Source: a virus (lineage: Duplodnaviria > Caudoviricetes). Taken from it: DNA of 64,000 nucleotides. The notes beneath the pieces were generated by a model. That model saw nothing but the letters and a program-made list of their open reading frames with translations, was not told the origin of the DNA and did not search any database. Location of the stretch: IMG/VR virus record IMGVR_UViG_3300021963_006915, positions 37,378-101,377 of that record, one strand, 5' to 3'. Below, piece by piece: positions 48,466 to 57,602 of the stretch. A program made the position numbers and the translations under genes. Position 1 is the first letter of the stretch. Every line of letters begins with the position of its first letter.

Positions 48466-49508
48466 TTAAACACTAACAATCCGTTAAATTTTATAATGTC
48501 ATAATCAACATCAATTGTTTTATCTAACAAATCGTCTATTTTTATTCTTACACGTTTAACATCGTTATTTATACCATACACCTGATAATGTGATGGCCGC
48601 AATGTAATACTATCAAAATAAACATCATCTATGTATGTGTCTATATGATAGTTTCTCTCCTTTTTTTTATCTTTTAATGTGTTTGTTTTATTAGATAAAA
48701 TTATGTATTTATTTTTGTTTACGTCTACAAATACATTTATAAAATTATTTAATATCCACATTTCATTTTGTAACCTTACAGATTTACCATCGTCGGTATC
48801 ACCATTTGCTTTAAATTTTGCAAGATCATCTGTAATGTCTAGGAATTTATCCATATCATTTTTAAATAAATCATAAAATAAACACTCATATGCGTAATTT
48901 AATTTAAATTTGATTATGTTCTCTGAATCGTACCAGTCTTCTTTTTCATGGGGTATAATAAATCTATCCAGAAAAAAGTCTATATTTGTAAAAAAATATG
49001 TTATGTATAACATATTTATATCGTTAAGGTGTCCAGCGCCTGTAATAAGTTTGTACTTATTCTCGTTTAATACTTCAAATTGTTTTTTAAAAAATTCAAA
49101 CGATCCCTCTTTGAATATGTTATCATCTTCAGTGAAGAATACGTTTTTATATCCGAGAATCTTTGCAGTCTTTAAAGATAATTTGATATTTTTTGTAATC
49201 GTTGAATTAACACTCGGAGTATATATACACAAATATCCAGAGTCTATTGAGATCCATGGATAAACTGTATTTGGTAGTTTAAGTTCTTCTACACATTTAT
49301 AAATAAAATCACGACCGAGTTGGTCATTTTCTTTGTTTATGATTAAATAATCAATCATAAAATTCAAGTGTGCTGGAATATCACATCCTGAAATTACTAG
49401 TATTGGAATTTTTAGTTTACTAAAATAGTAAAGTTGTTCTTGTAAAAAAGAAATTTTTTCAAGCGTGTTTGGAAATGTGCTTATAACAATAATATTATCT
49501 TTGTTCAT
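48462..49508 (-). CDS. uncharacterised GT-A-like paralog family, copy 3
   Basis: IPILVISG, DYLIINKEN and AKILGYKNVFFTEDD motifs. Confidence 0.55.
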   Translation of the reverse strand: MNKDNIIVISTFPNTLEKISFLQEQLYYFSKLKIPILVISGCDIPAHLNFMIDYLIINKENDQLGRDFIYKCVEELKLPNTVYPWISIDSGYLCIYTPSVNSTITKNIKLSLKTAKILGYKNVFFTEDDNIFKEGSFEFFKKQFEVLNENKYKLITGAGHLNDINMLYITYFFTNIDFFLDRFIIPHEKEDWYDSENIIKFKLNYAYECLFYDLFKNDMDKFLDITDDLAKFKANGDTDDGKSVRLQNEMWILNNFINVFVDVNKNKYIILSNKTNTLKDKKKERNYHIDTYIDDVYFDSITLRPSHYQVYGINNDVKRVRIKIDDLLDKTIDVDYDIIKFNGLLVFN

Positions 49509-49999
49509 ATTTTCAATTTTAACTGCTTAGGATCATCTTTTAAGAGCAATCTTAGTTCTGGATCATCTACATAATGAATATTGTCTCCGCTTTTAACAAA
49601 GCTAATATGTTGAGTTTTATTCCAACCATTTGAATTAACTACTATGTCATCGGTTCTGCCCGAACGTTCACATATATATCCAGACATATACTCTGCAAAA
49701 GAAATAATAGCTTCAGTTCTTTCATTACCACCATTGGTATAAAATCTAAGAGTAGCAAACTTTTCTTTTACTTGTGCAACTTTGATTTGTTTTACTGGAA
49801 GATATTGATCTGGATACTTTTCTACCCATTTATTTTGTTGATCAATATAGTCTTGAAGATATCGACTTAACCAAAGAATAAGTCTGAACCAACCATCATC
49901 ACATTCAAATCCAAACTGAGTAAATGGTTGTTGTTCTCCGCAATCAGTATAAAGATTTGGAAACTTCTTTTTGAGATAATTCTCTAATTCAACTCTCAT
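49505..49999 (-). CDS. conserved phage hypothetical protein
   Basis: FECDDGW...QVKEKFATLRFY...ICE motif. Confidence 0.7.
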   Translation of the reverse strand: MRVELENYLKKKFPNLYTDCGEQQPFTQFGFECDDGWFRLILWLSRYLQDYIDQQNKWVEKYPDQYLPVKQIKVAQVKEKFATLRFYTNGGNERTEAIISFAEYMSGYICERSGRTDDIVVNSNGWNKTQHISFVKSGDNIHYVDDPELRLLLKDDPKQLKLKI

Positions 50000-50505
50000 A
50001 TGTTGTATTCTTTTCCATCAAAATAAGCTTTACATCCCAATTCTGTGTCTACTGCAAAGATTTTTACATCAGCTTCGTTCAACATAGTAAAGGTAACATT
50101 GTCATGTCCCTTCCATTGTTCTCGTTGTGCAATATCACATAAATCATTGAATTGTTTATGTATATATACTTCTTTGATACCACTTTGAATTATACCTCTA
50201 GCACAATCAGCACATGGTAAAGCGTTGGTATATAATGTGGCGCCTTCTGTGTTGATACCATATCTAGCAGCTGCATAGATCGCATTACGTTCACCATGTT
50301 CATACCATTTGTACTTTTCTGGTCGTTGGTGACGTTCATTTATAGAATCATCAACCTCCATTGGAATACCATTATATCCAGTAGATATAATCCTACGATC
50401 TTTTACAAGGATTGCACCAATCTTGGTTTTGGGATCTTTAGATTTACTAGCGACCCAATACACACCTTGTAAAAACCAGTTGTTAAAACTACTATTGTCT
50501 TTCAT
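49996..50505 (-). CDS. dCMP deaminase
   Basis: SKDP.TKIGA, STGYNG, HGERNAI and PCADC motifs. Confidence 0.92.
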   Translation of the reverse strand: MKDNSSFNNWFLQGVYWVASKSKDPKTKIGAILVKDRRIISTGYNGIPMEVDDSINERHQRPEKYKWYEHGERNAIYAAARYGINTEGATLYTNALPCADCARGIIQSGIKEVYIHKQFNDLCDIAQREQWKGHDNVTFTMLNEADVKIFAVDTELGCKAYFDGKEYNI

Positions 50506-50581
50506 ACATGAATGTTATCTTGACTTTGTTTTTTTACAAGTTAAAATAACTATCGTGCTTGAACAATACTATTTATAGTAT

Positions 50582-50770
50582 ATGAATAATTATACTGGAA
50601 AAATCCATGGAATTAAATTCCTTGTCAAAGATTCCAAGACCATACGTATATGGAAGCCAAGTGATTTGGATATGATGGAATTTAGACCACAATGTGATTT
50701 CGTAGTCAAATATTTAATTGATGAAGGCTTTTTTAATAAAAAGCAATGCAAAGTTGAAGTCGTAAATTAA
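50582..50770 (+). CDS. small hypothetical protein
   Basis: 62-aa ORF preceded by TATTTAT; YLIDEGFF motif. Confidence 0.6.
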   Translation: MNNYTGKIHGIKFLVKDSKTIRIWKPSDLDMMEFRPQCDFVVKYLIDEGFFNKKQCKVEVVN

Positions 50771-50787
50771 CCGATATTGAAATTGTT

Positions 50788-52236
50788 ATGATTACTTTAG
50801 TTATACCACCATCTCCATTTTTATTAGATGAAAGAGTTTTTCCAAGTTTGGGATTACTAAAAATTGCAGCTGTATTGCAATCCAAGTATGAAGTAAAGGT
50901 TTTAGATCTTAGTGGTATTAAGAATTACTTGGATGTGATGGATGTTTATTTAAAACAAAAAGACTCCAATATATTTTGTATTACAGCAACTACACCACAA
51001 CTTCCACATTCAATCAAAATTAAAGACTTAATCAAGAAACACAACCCCAATAACAGAGTTGTATTGGGTGGTCCACACGTTACTTTGGTGTATGCAGCTT
51101 ATAAGAACAATCCGAATAAGCGTTCTACATTAAACAAGAGTGTGTTGGAAGAACACTTTGATTGTTTAGTAAGTGGTGATGGTGAAAAGGCTATTTTTCC
51201 AGCAATAGAAACAACAGAAAGATTTATTGATGGTGATGATCCAAAACAACAATATTTCTTAACCAACGAAGATTATGAAGTATTGCCATATCCAGCTAGA
51301 GAACTGATTGATCTTGAGTCGTATCATTATACTATTGATGGTAAGAAGGCAACAAGTATTATAGCACAACTGGGATGTCCATTTAATTGTGGTTTTTGTG
51401 GTGGTAGACTAAGTAACTCATTGAGAAGAATTCGTACTCGTAGTGGTCATAATATTTTACATGAAATTGAGTTCTTACATAAAGAGTATGGACTAGAAGG
51501 ATTCATGTTTTATGATGATGAACTCAATGTAAATAAACAATTTGAATCTTTGTTGACCGACTTGATTAAGTTACAACAACGATTGGGTGTAGAGTTTAGA
51601 TTAAGAGGATTTGTCAAGAGTGAATTGTTTACTGATACACAAGCCAAGTTGATGTATGAGGCTGGATTTAGATGGTTGCTTTGTGGATTTGAAGCTGGTA
51701 ATGATCGTATCTTACAGAATATCAACAAGAAAGCTACATATGATGATAACGTAAGAGTTATTGAAAAATGTAAGAAGTATGGACTTAAGATTAAATCTCT
51801 TATGAGTGTGGGTCATCCGGGTGAAAGTGAACAAACTATCAACGATGTTGCTGAATTCTTGATTAAGAATGGAACTGATGATTTTGATTGTACCGTAATT
51901 ACACCATATCCAGGCACTCCTTATTATGATAAGTCTATAGAGATTGGAGATAATGTTTATAAGTACACAGTTGAAAAGACTGGAGATAATCTCTACAGCA
52001 AAACTTTGGACTATACAACAACCAGTAACTTTTATAAAGGTGTACCAGGACAAAATTATGAAAGTTATGTATATACTGATTATTTAAAGTCTGATGAAAT
52101 TGTTAAAATGAGAGACGATTTGGAAACCAGAGTTAGAAATACTTTAAATATCCCATTTAATCAATCTGCGGCTGCAATACTATATGAACATAGTATGGGA
52201 CAGGGTTTACCATCTTTGGCACTCAAAGAGGTATAA
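50788..52236 (+). CDS. cobalamin-binding radical SAM enzyme
   Basis: PSLGL and LGGPH (B12-binding domain); GCPFNCGFC; FYDDE; GFEAG; PYPGT. Confidence 0.9.
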   Translation: MITLVIPPSPFLLDERVFPSLGLLKIAAVLQSKYEVKVLDLSGIKNYLDVMDVYLKQKDSNIFCITATTPQLPHSIKIKDLIKKHNPNNRVVLGGPHVTLVYAAYKNNPNKRSTLNKSVLEEHFDCLVSGDGEKAIFPAIETTERFIDGDDPKQQYFLTNEDYEVLPYPARELIDLESYHYTIDGKKATSIIAQLGCPFNCGFCGGRLSNSLRRIRTRSGHNILHEIEFLHKEYGLEGFMFYDDELNVNKQFESLLTDLIKLQQRLGVEFRLRGFVKSELFTDTQAKLMYEAGFRWLLCGFEAGNDRILQNINKKATYDDNVRVIEKCKKYGLKIKSLMSVGHPGESEQTINDVAEFLIKNGTDDFDCTVITPYPGTPYYDKSIEIGDNVYKYTVEKTGDNLYSKTLDYTTTSNFYKGVPGQNYESYVYTDYLKSDEIVKMRDDLETRVRNTLNIPFNQSAAAILYEHSMGQGLPSLALKEV

Positions 52237-52692
52237 TCATTTTAAGTTGGTTAGTATCTTGCAATTTTTGAATAATCCAATCAAGTTCTTGTAAAAGAAT
52301 TTGTTATTCTTTTTCATAGCTTGTTCAAAGTCTTTTAATTCCAACAACATGTCTGGAAGAGAAGCATTTTCTAATAGTGGTCTTGTTAATACAAAGTAAT
52401 GTTTGGATTCATTATCTTCGTCTTTTAAACTATATGCTTTGGTTAATAATGCAAATGATGGATCTGGAATTTTTTCCATCTTTAAATCTTTGAAGTAATC
52501 TACGCCCGTTGAATTTTTCAATTCAAATACCATCACATGATCTGAGTTGTAAGTGTTCGCAAAGATGTTTTCAAAGGCTAATGTACATACTTCAAATATT
52601 TTATCTTCGGTAGATTCAAAACTACTTGTATTGGTAAAGTCTACTTTGGCTTTCCAATTTGCACACTCCACTATGTATGTTTCTGGAGTCAT
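52237..52692 (-). CDS. hypothetical protein (ANWK family)
   Basis: Similar to 43666..44019; upstream TATTTAT. Confidence 0.6.
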   Translation of the reverse strand: MTPETYIVECANWKAKVDFTNTSSFESTEDKIFEVCTLAFENIFANTYNSDHVMVFELKNSTGVDYFKDLKMEKIPDPSFALLTKAYSLKDEDNESKHYFVLTRPLLENASLPDMLLELKDFEQAMKKNNKFFYKNLIGLFKNCKILTNLK

Positions 52693-52716
52693 CGTATTAT
52701 ATATAAATATTTAATT

Positions 52717-53775
52717 TTATAACCATCGACCATTTTTTCTCACATCATTTTCAGTTAGAGATTTATATTCTTTTGTTAACTTTGAATTGAATGTTATTCT
52801 TATATCAGGTTTTTCATTCAATTTTAAATCTACATCCAATGCATAAAATGCACGTGATTTTGACAATTTTCCCCAAAAAAACAATGTGTTATTTCTGTGA
52901 ATTTCTAGGGTTATATAATCTTCATCAACTTTTAGATTTTCTAAATTTATAAAGAAAACTAATCGATCTGATGTTTGTTCATACAATAATGTGGATCTTG
53001 AATCACTTATTATACTATCATGTGAATATATTTTATTTAGTTTAGTATCTTTGCCAAAAATTGATGCAAATCCATAATTTTTAATGTTTTCAAAATATAC
53101 ATTTTGTTTATTATGCGTCTGTAAGTAAAGTACACAATATAGAAAAGTCTCATAATCAATTGAATCTGGATGTGCTGATTCTAATTCCTCTTGTGTTTCA
53201 GGAATTCTATCCAAAATGCTTTCATTGAAATACATGCAATTTCCAAACCAAAAATAAGAATGAATTACACTGGATGTACAAATGCCTTCCCACATATTTC
53301 CAAAGTATATAGCATTTAAACTTTCATTATTCATCCGAATAAAGTACTCAGATAATTTGTTTATTCCGTCATCTGAAAAGTAGTGGTCGTCTTCAACATA
53401 AAAGAAATTTGTATACTTTAAAGCAAGCGCTATCTTTATTAAATTTTTTGTGTTTCTGAATACACTGAGAAAATGAGTGTGGGTGTATATTAGATAGTTT
53501 GGATAATTGGAACAATAGAAAAAAGATCCAAATGCTCCTCCATATGGAATTGGATATTCTCTCGCTTTCTTATATACAACTCTGTCTATCATTCCGTTGT
53601 AAAAATCAAAGATTACTAACTTGGATAGTTTAAAAAATTCTTCGTTTATATTTTGAACGGTAGATAATATTACAATATCTTTTCCTAGTTTAGATAATTG
53701 TCTTAAGTTTTCCAAAGACATTTGTTCTCGTTCTTTGGTTTTTGGCGATGTTAAAAATAGTATTACATCAGACAT
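52717..53775 (-). CDS. uncharacterised GT-A-like paralog family, copy 4
   Basis: LGKDIVILS and ALALKYTNFFYVEDD motifs. Confidence 0.55.
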   Translation of the reverse strand: MSDVILFLTSPKTKEREQMSLENLRQLSKLGKDIVILSTVQNINEEFFKLSKLVIFDFYNGMIDRVVYKKAREYPIPYGGAFGSFFYCSNYPNYLIYTHTHFLSVFRNTKNLIKIALALKYTNFFYVEDDHYFSDDGINKLSEYFIRMNNESLNAIYFGNMWEGICTSSVIHSYFWFGNCMYFNESILDRIPETQEELESAHPDSIDYETFLYCVLYLQTHNKQNVYFENIKNYGFASIFGKDTKLNKIYSHDSIISDSRSTLLYEQTSDRLVFFINLENLKVDEDYITLEIHRNNTLFFWGKLSKSRAFYALDVDLKLNEKPDIRITFNSKLTKEYKSLTENDVRKNGRWL

Positions 53776-54308
53776 TATATATAATATTCTAGGTTTTCAA
53801 TTTTATAAAATGGACTAGAAATATATAAATCGTGTCCATATATTTTGTCACGGGTACAATATTGTTCGTAACTACAATCCGAATAAATCAAATTGGTTTT
53901 CATATATTGAATTCTCATCATGTATATATCTTTTGAAATTACATCTTTATTTGAAAATTTAATACAATCAATGTTGTCGGCTCTAATAGAATTGTATAAT
54001 TCTGGTATTTTTTCTACGTTTTCTAATTTTAGATTTGAAGATATAAACATAACTCTTCTATATCTTTTTAAAAGCAAATATTTTGTGACAAAGTATTTTA
54101 AATGATATAAATGATAATCCAAATGCCACTTATCTATAAAATTAAATTTTTGTGAGAATATTTGTTCAAAGTTACAATTTTGTGGAAGTGCTTCTGGATT
54201 GAATGTTATTAAAAAGTGTTTATCAACTACAGAAGATAAGGTTTTATAATTATGTTCTACATTCTTTATATCATCGATATTATATATAAAATGTAATACA
54301 CAATTCAT
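53775..54308 (-). CDS. hypothetical protein
   Basis: 177-aa ORF with stop/start overlaps on both sides. Confidence 0.55.
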   Translation of the reverse strand: MNCVLHFIYNIDDIKNVEHNYKTLSSVVDKHFLITFNPEALPQNCNFEQIFSQKFNFIDKWHLDYHLYHLKYFVTKYLLLKRYRRVMFISSNLKLENVEKIPELYNSIRADNIDCIKFSNKDVISKDIYMMRIQYMKTNLIYSDCSYEQYCTRDKIYGHDLYISSPFYKIENLEYYI

Positions 54309-55063
54309 TTGTTTTTAAATATTAATGTGTTTGGTTCTTCTACAACACCTCGGTTTATAAAATCAAAGCTATAGCTATATCGTCCAATATGTGCCAATCT
54401 GATTGTTGTGTCTGCAAATATTGTGATTCCCGACTTTCTGGCTCTATGACAAAATGAAAAGTCTTCTCCAACATAATTGTCGTCTATAATCATAGGAAGA
54501 AACCACGCATGAACTTTATATTGTCCACCCCATATATTAACTGGTTTTAGTCCAAACTTGACTTTAATACGTTCATATACACTCACATGTGTATACATAA
54601 AGCCTGTAGCTGCATACTCTGCCTCATAAAGACCACCATGTGTTCCAAATACAATTTCGTCAAAGTCACTATGAAACTTCGTGGTTAATGCTGGCCATCC
54701 TTTAACACAATATGTTCCTGTAATAAATGGTTGTTGTTCTCTTATACTAGTGTTTATGATTCTGTATATATCATATGGACAAAATGCAATATCACTATCA
54801 ATCCAAAACAAGTGTTCATATCCATCATTTATAGCTTGTTGTGCCATCACACATCTACCTTGATCAATAGCACTAAATCCATATTTTCTATATACTTTGA
54901 CCCCATCCTTTTCGAGTTGTCTTAATGCGTCATCACATGCTGGTTCTATATGTGAAGCAACTGGTACTAAGATAATTGTCTTATCTTTTACTGATTGTTG
55001 TAATTGATCATCACCTGGCCAAGGTATATTGCATATTTGTTTTGGTTCTTTAGAAAATAACAT
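54305..55063 (-). CDS. GT-A (GT2-like) glycosyltransferase
   Basis: IDQGR, LFWIDSDI, ATGF, GEDFSFC and LAHIG motifs. Confidence 0.8.
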   Translation of the reverse strand: MLFSKEPKQICNIPWPGDDQLQQSVKDKTIILVPVASHIEPACDDALRQLEKDGVKVYRKYGFSAIDQGRCVMAQQAINDGYEHLFWIDSDIAFCPYDIYRIINTSIREQQPFITGTYCVKGWPALTTKFHSDFDEIVFGTHGGLYEAEYAATGFMYTHVSVYERIKVKFGLKPVNIWGGQYKVHAWFLPMIIDDNYVGEDFSFCHRARKSGITIFADTTIRLAHIGRYSYSFDFINRGVVEEPNTLIFKNK

Positions 55064-55134
55064 ATCAGAATATAAATACCCAACGATGTAATGTTTTGGT
55101 TTATTTTAATTTTTAACAGATATTTATAACATAT

Positions 55135-55494
55135 ATGATAGTAACCAATCTTTTAACTCTACACAACCAGCTAAAAATCAACCACTGGCAAACCAAGAAG
55201 TATTCTGAACATCAAGCCCTTGGTGCTGCATATGATGAATTTAGTGATCTTGTTGATCAATTTATCGAAGTATTGATGGGTAAATATGGTCGTATACGTG
55301 GTAAAAATGGTTTTACTATTGAATTGAAAGATTACCAAGATCTACCCACTGAAACATTCGTTAGCAAGTACATTGATTATTTAGTGAATGAACTTCCAAA
55401 GGGATTGGAAGAATCTGACACTGATTTGTTAAATATCAGAGACGAAATGTTGGCAGAATTAAACAAACTAAAATATCTATTAACACTAGAATAA
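55135..55494 (+). CDS. ferritin/Dps-like protein (DUF5856-like)
   Basis: HWQT...EHQALG..YD...D.FIE...G.YG and NIRDE...YLL motifs. Confidence 0.8.
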   Translation: MIVTNLLTLHNQLKINHWQTKKYSEHQALGAAYDEFSDLVDQFIEVLMGKYGRIRGKNGFTIELKDYQDLPTETFVSKYIDYLVNELPKGLEESDTDLLNIRDEMLAELNKLKYLLTLE

Positions 55495-55509
55495 GGACTT
55501 ATTAAAGTT

Positions 55510-56361
55510 ATGAGTGAACACCAAATTGATACGACACCAGTTACAAATGGACCAACAGAACAAGAGAAAATCGCAAAGTATAAATTAGCAGTATCGATTC
55601 TGCTTATTACTATCTTTGGGTTTCTTTCATACTATACCATCGATTTGAGTTCCAAGGTTAAGAAGTATGGTATTGAACTAACAAACTTGACTCAAAAAAA
55701 CGAGTCATTGTCTAAAAATCTCAATACAACCGAAACAAAAAAGAAAGAACTTGAGGGATTTGTTACTGAATATAATCTAAAGTTTCAAGTTATTCAGACC
55801 AATCTTGTTACTCTAAATGGTCTAACTGAAAATCTTAAAAAATCAATTGATGAAAAAGACGTTAAGATCAATAGTCTAGTTAATGAAAAGACAGCATTGG
55901 AAAATGATGCAAAAGCTCTTCGCAATACTATCGTTAAGATGACTGCTGAGTTGGCAGAACTTGGCGGTGAGTTATCCAAAGCCAAGAGTGAAAATGACGA
56001 GAATAAGTTGCTTTCTAGAATCAATGAGCTAACTCAAGAAAGAAATGCTTTGACAACTGAACTTAAAAAGTATCAAACCGCTATCGAACTTCTTAAGAAA
56101 GAAAACCAAGACTTGGCCGCAAAAATGAGACTTGGTGTTAAAGAAGCTGGTTATACATTTACCACCAAGGTTGAAGAGTCACGTAAATTTGGAGAAGTTT
56201 TAATTAAGTTGAATATCCGTGATGGAGGTACAACGGTTGAATTGGTAAACGATGCAAATGTTTCTAAACCAATCACTAAAGAACCAAAATCTGAAAAGAA
56301 GTCTGAATCTTCTTCAAAAAAGGGATTTTGGAGTAAGATATTTGGTCCACAAGCAAAATAA
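55510..56361 (+). CDS. membrane-anchored long coiled-coil protein
   Basis: TM segment LAVSILLITIFGFLSYY, heptad-rich body, C-terminal KKGFWSKIFG amphipathic motif. Confidence 0.7.
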   Translation: MSEHQIDTTPVTNGPTEQEKIAKYKLAVSILLITIFGFLSYYTIDLSSKVKKYGIELTNLTQKNESLSKNLNTTETKKKELEGFVTEYNLKFQVIQTNLVTLNGLTENLKKSIDEKDVKINSLVNEKTALENDAKALRNTIVKMTAELAELGGELSKAKSENDENKLLSRINELTQERNALTTELKKYQTAIELLKKENQDLAAKMRLGVKEAGYTFTTKVEESRKFGEVLIKLNIRDGGTTVELVNDANVSKPITKEPKSEKKSESSSKKGFWSKIFGPQAK

Positions 56362-56362
56362 T

Positions 56363-56833
56363 ATGCCATACGAATATCATGCTAAGGTAACCGAAGTTGT
56401 TGATGGAGACACAGTTGTTGTAGACATCGACTTGGGTTTTGACGTAAAACTAACAGATCAAAAGGTAAGACTTCTTGGTGTTGATACTCCAGAAAGCCGA
56501 ACTTCAGACAAAATTGAAAAGGTGTTTGGTTTGGCTAGTAAAGACTTTGCAAAAAAGTTTATTGAAGGATGTAAAGACAAATACGTAATTCTACGCACCC
56601 ATATCAGTGATGACGTTGATAGTAGTGGTAGAGAAAAGTTTGGTAGATTGCTTGGAGAAATTGTACACCCAGAAACCAAGAAGATTTTGAACGATGAACT
56701 AATTACCAATGGTTATGCAGTTCGTTATATGGGTGAGAACAAAGATAAGGTACAAGGTCAACATAAAATCAATCGTAAACGTCTTATTGATGAAGGTGTT
56801 GTAAAATTATCTTATAAAGAAGCTGGTATTTAA
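56363..56833 (+). CDS. thermonuclease (SNase-like)
   Basis: VVDGDT, VRLLGVDTPE, KFGRLL and GYAV motifs; start at 56363. Confidence 0.9.
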   Translation: MPYEYHAKVTEVVDGDTVVVDIDLGFDVKLTDQKVRLLGVDTPESRTSDKIEKVFGLASKDFAKKFIEGCKDKYVILRTHISDDVDSSGREKFGRLLGEIVHPETKKILNDELITNGYAVRYMGENKDKVQGQHKINRKRLIDEGVVKLSYKEAGI

Positions 56834-56846
56834 TATATTTATTAGT

Positions 56847-57215
56847 GTGGATAAATTAGCTAAATACACAATTGTTAAATTTTTGAAGTTCGTTAGCGAC
56901 GAGCTAAACTTGAATAAACCATTCAAAGTCAAGTTAGCTCAAAATCGTGACGAAGATTTAAAAACTTATGCTTATTACAACGCAGCAAATGGTGATGTAA
57001 AAGTATATTGCAGAAACAGAGGTTTAGCAGATGTATTGAGAAGTATTGCACACGAATTGATTCACCATCAACAAAATCAAAATGGAAAGATTCAAGGACC
57101 AACCCAAGACGTTGGTGGTGAAATTGAAGATGAAGCAAATAGTGTTGCTGGTCAACTTGTAAAGAAGTTTGGATATGCAAATCCAAAGTTGGCTGTATAC
57201 ACAAAGACTCTATAA
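56847..57215 (+). CDS. zincin-like metallopeptidase
   Basis: IAHELIHHQQ (HExxH) and IEDEAN; GTG start after TATTTAT. Confidence 0.7.
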   Translation: MDKLAKYTIVKFLKFVSDELNLNKPFKVKLAQNRDEDLKTYAYYNAANGDVKVYCRNRGLADVLRSIAHELIHHQQNQNGKIQGPTQDVGGEIEDEANSVAGQLVKKFGYANPKLAVYTKTL

Positions 57216-57599
57216 ATTGGGTCTTATTTTGTTGAAAAACGAAGCGTTATAGTTGGTTGTAGAAAACACTTTTATTTCTTGATCTTTGAGTTTAAAAAAC
57301 TTTTTGCTGCGTTTGTATAGTTTTGTGCCCAATCCTTGTCGTCTATATTTACGTTTAATATAGATCATGAATTGAAAAGTTCTTTTACCGCTGGGTTTTT
57401 TAAGTTGTTGTATGATACTCCATCCTACAACAACTCCGTTATCCTTGATAAGGAATACTCTGTTTTTACGTATACTATCTGGTGTACAACATTCCACATA
57501 CAGCGAGTATATAGAACCACTTGTAACTAGTTTGGAGCATGCCTTTTCTTCAGAAAGGTTTAGACTTTTGGCGTTTTTAGAATAAATTCTAATCGGCAC
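57210..57599 (-). CDS. GNAT acetyltransferase
   Basis: VVGW; IYIKRKYRRQGLGTKL (motif A); FF. Confidence 0.85.
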   Translation of the reverse strand: MPIRIYSKNAKSLNLSEEKACSKLVTSGSIYSLYVECCTPDSIRKNRVFLIKDNGVVVGWSIIQQLKKPSGKRTFQFMIYIKRKYRRQGLGTKLYKRSKKFFKLKDQEIKVFSTTNYNASFFNKIRPNL

Positions 57600-57602
57600 A
57601 TT

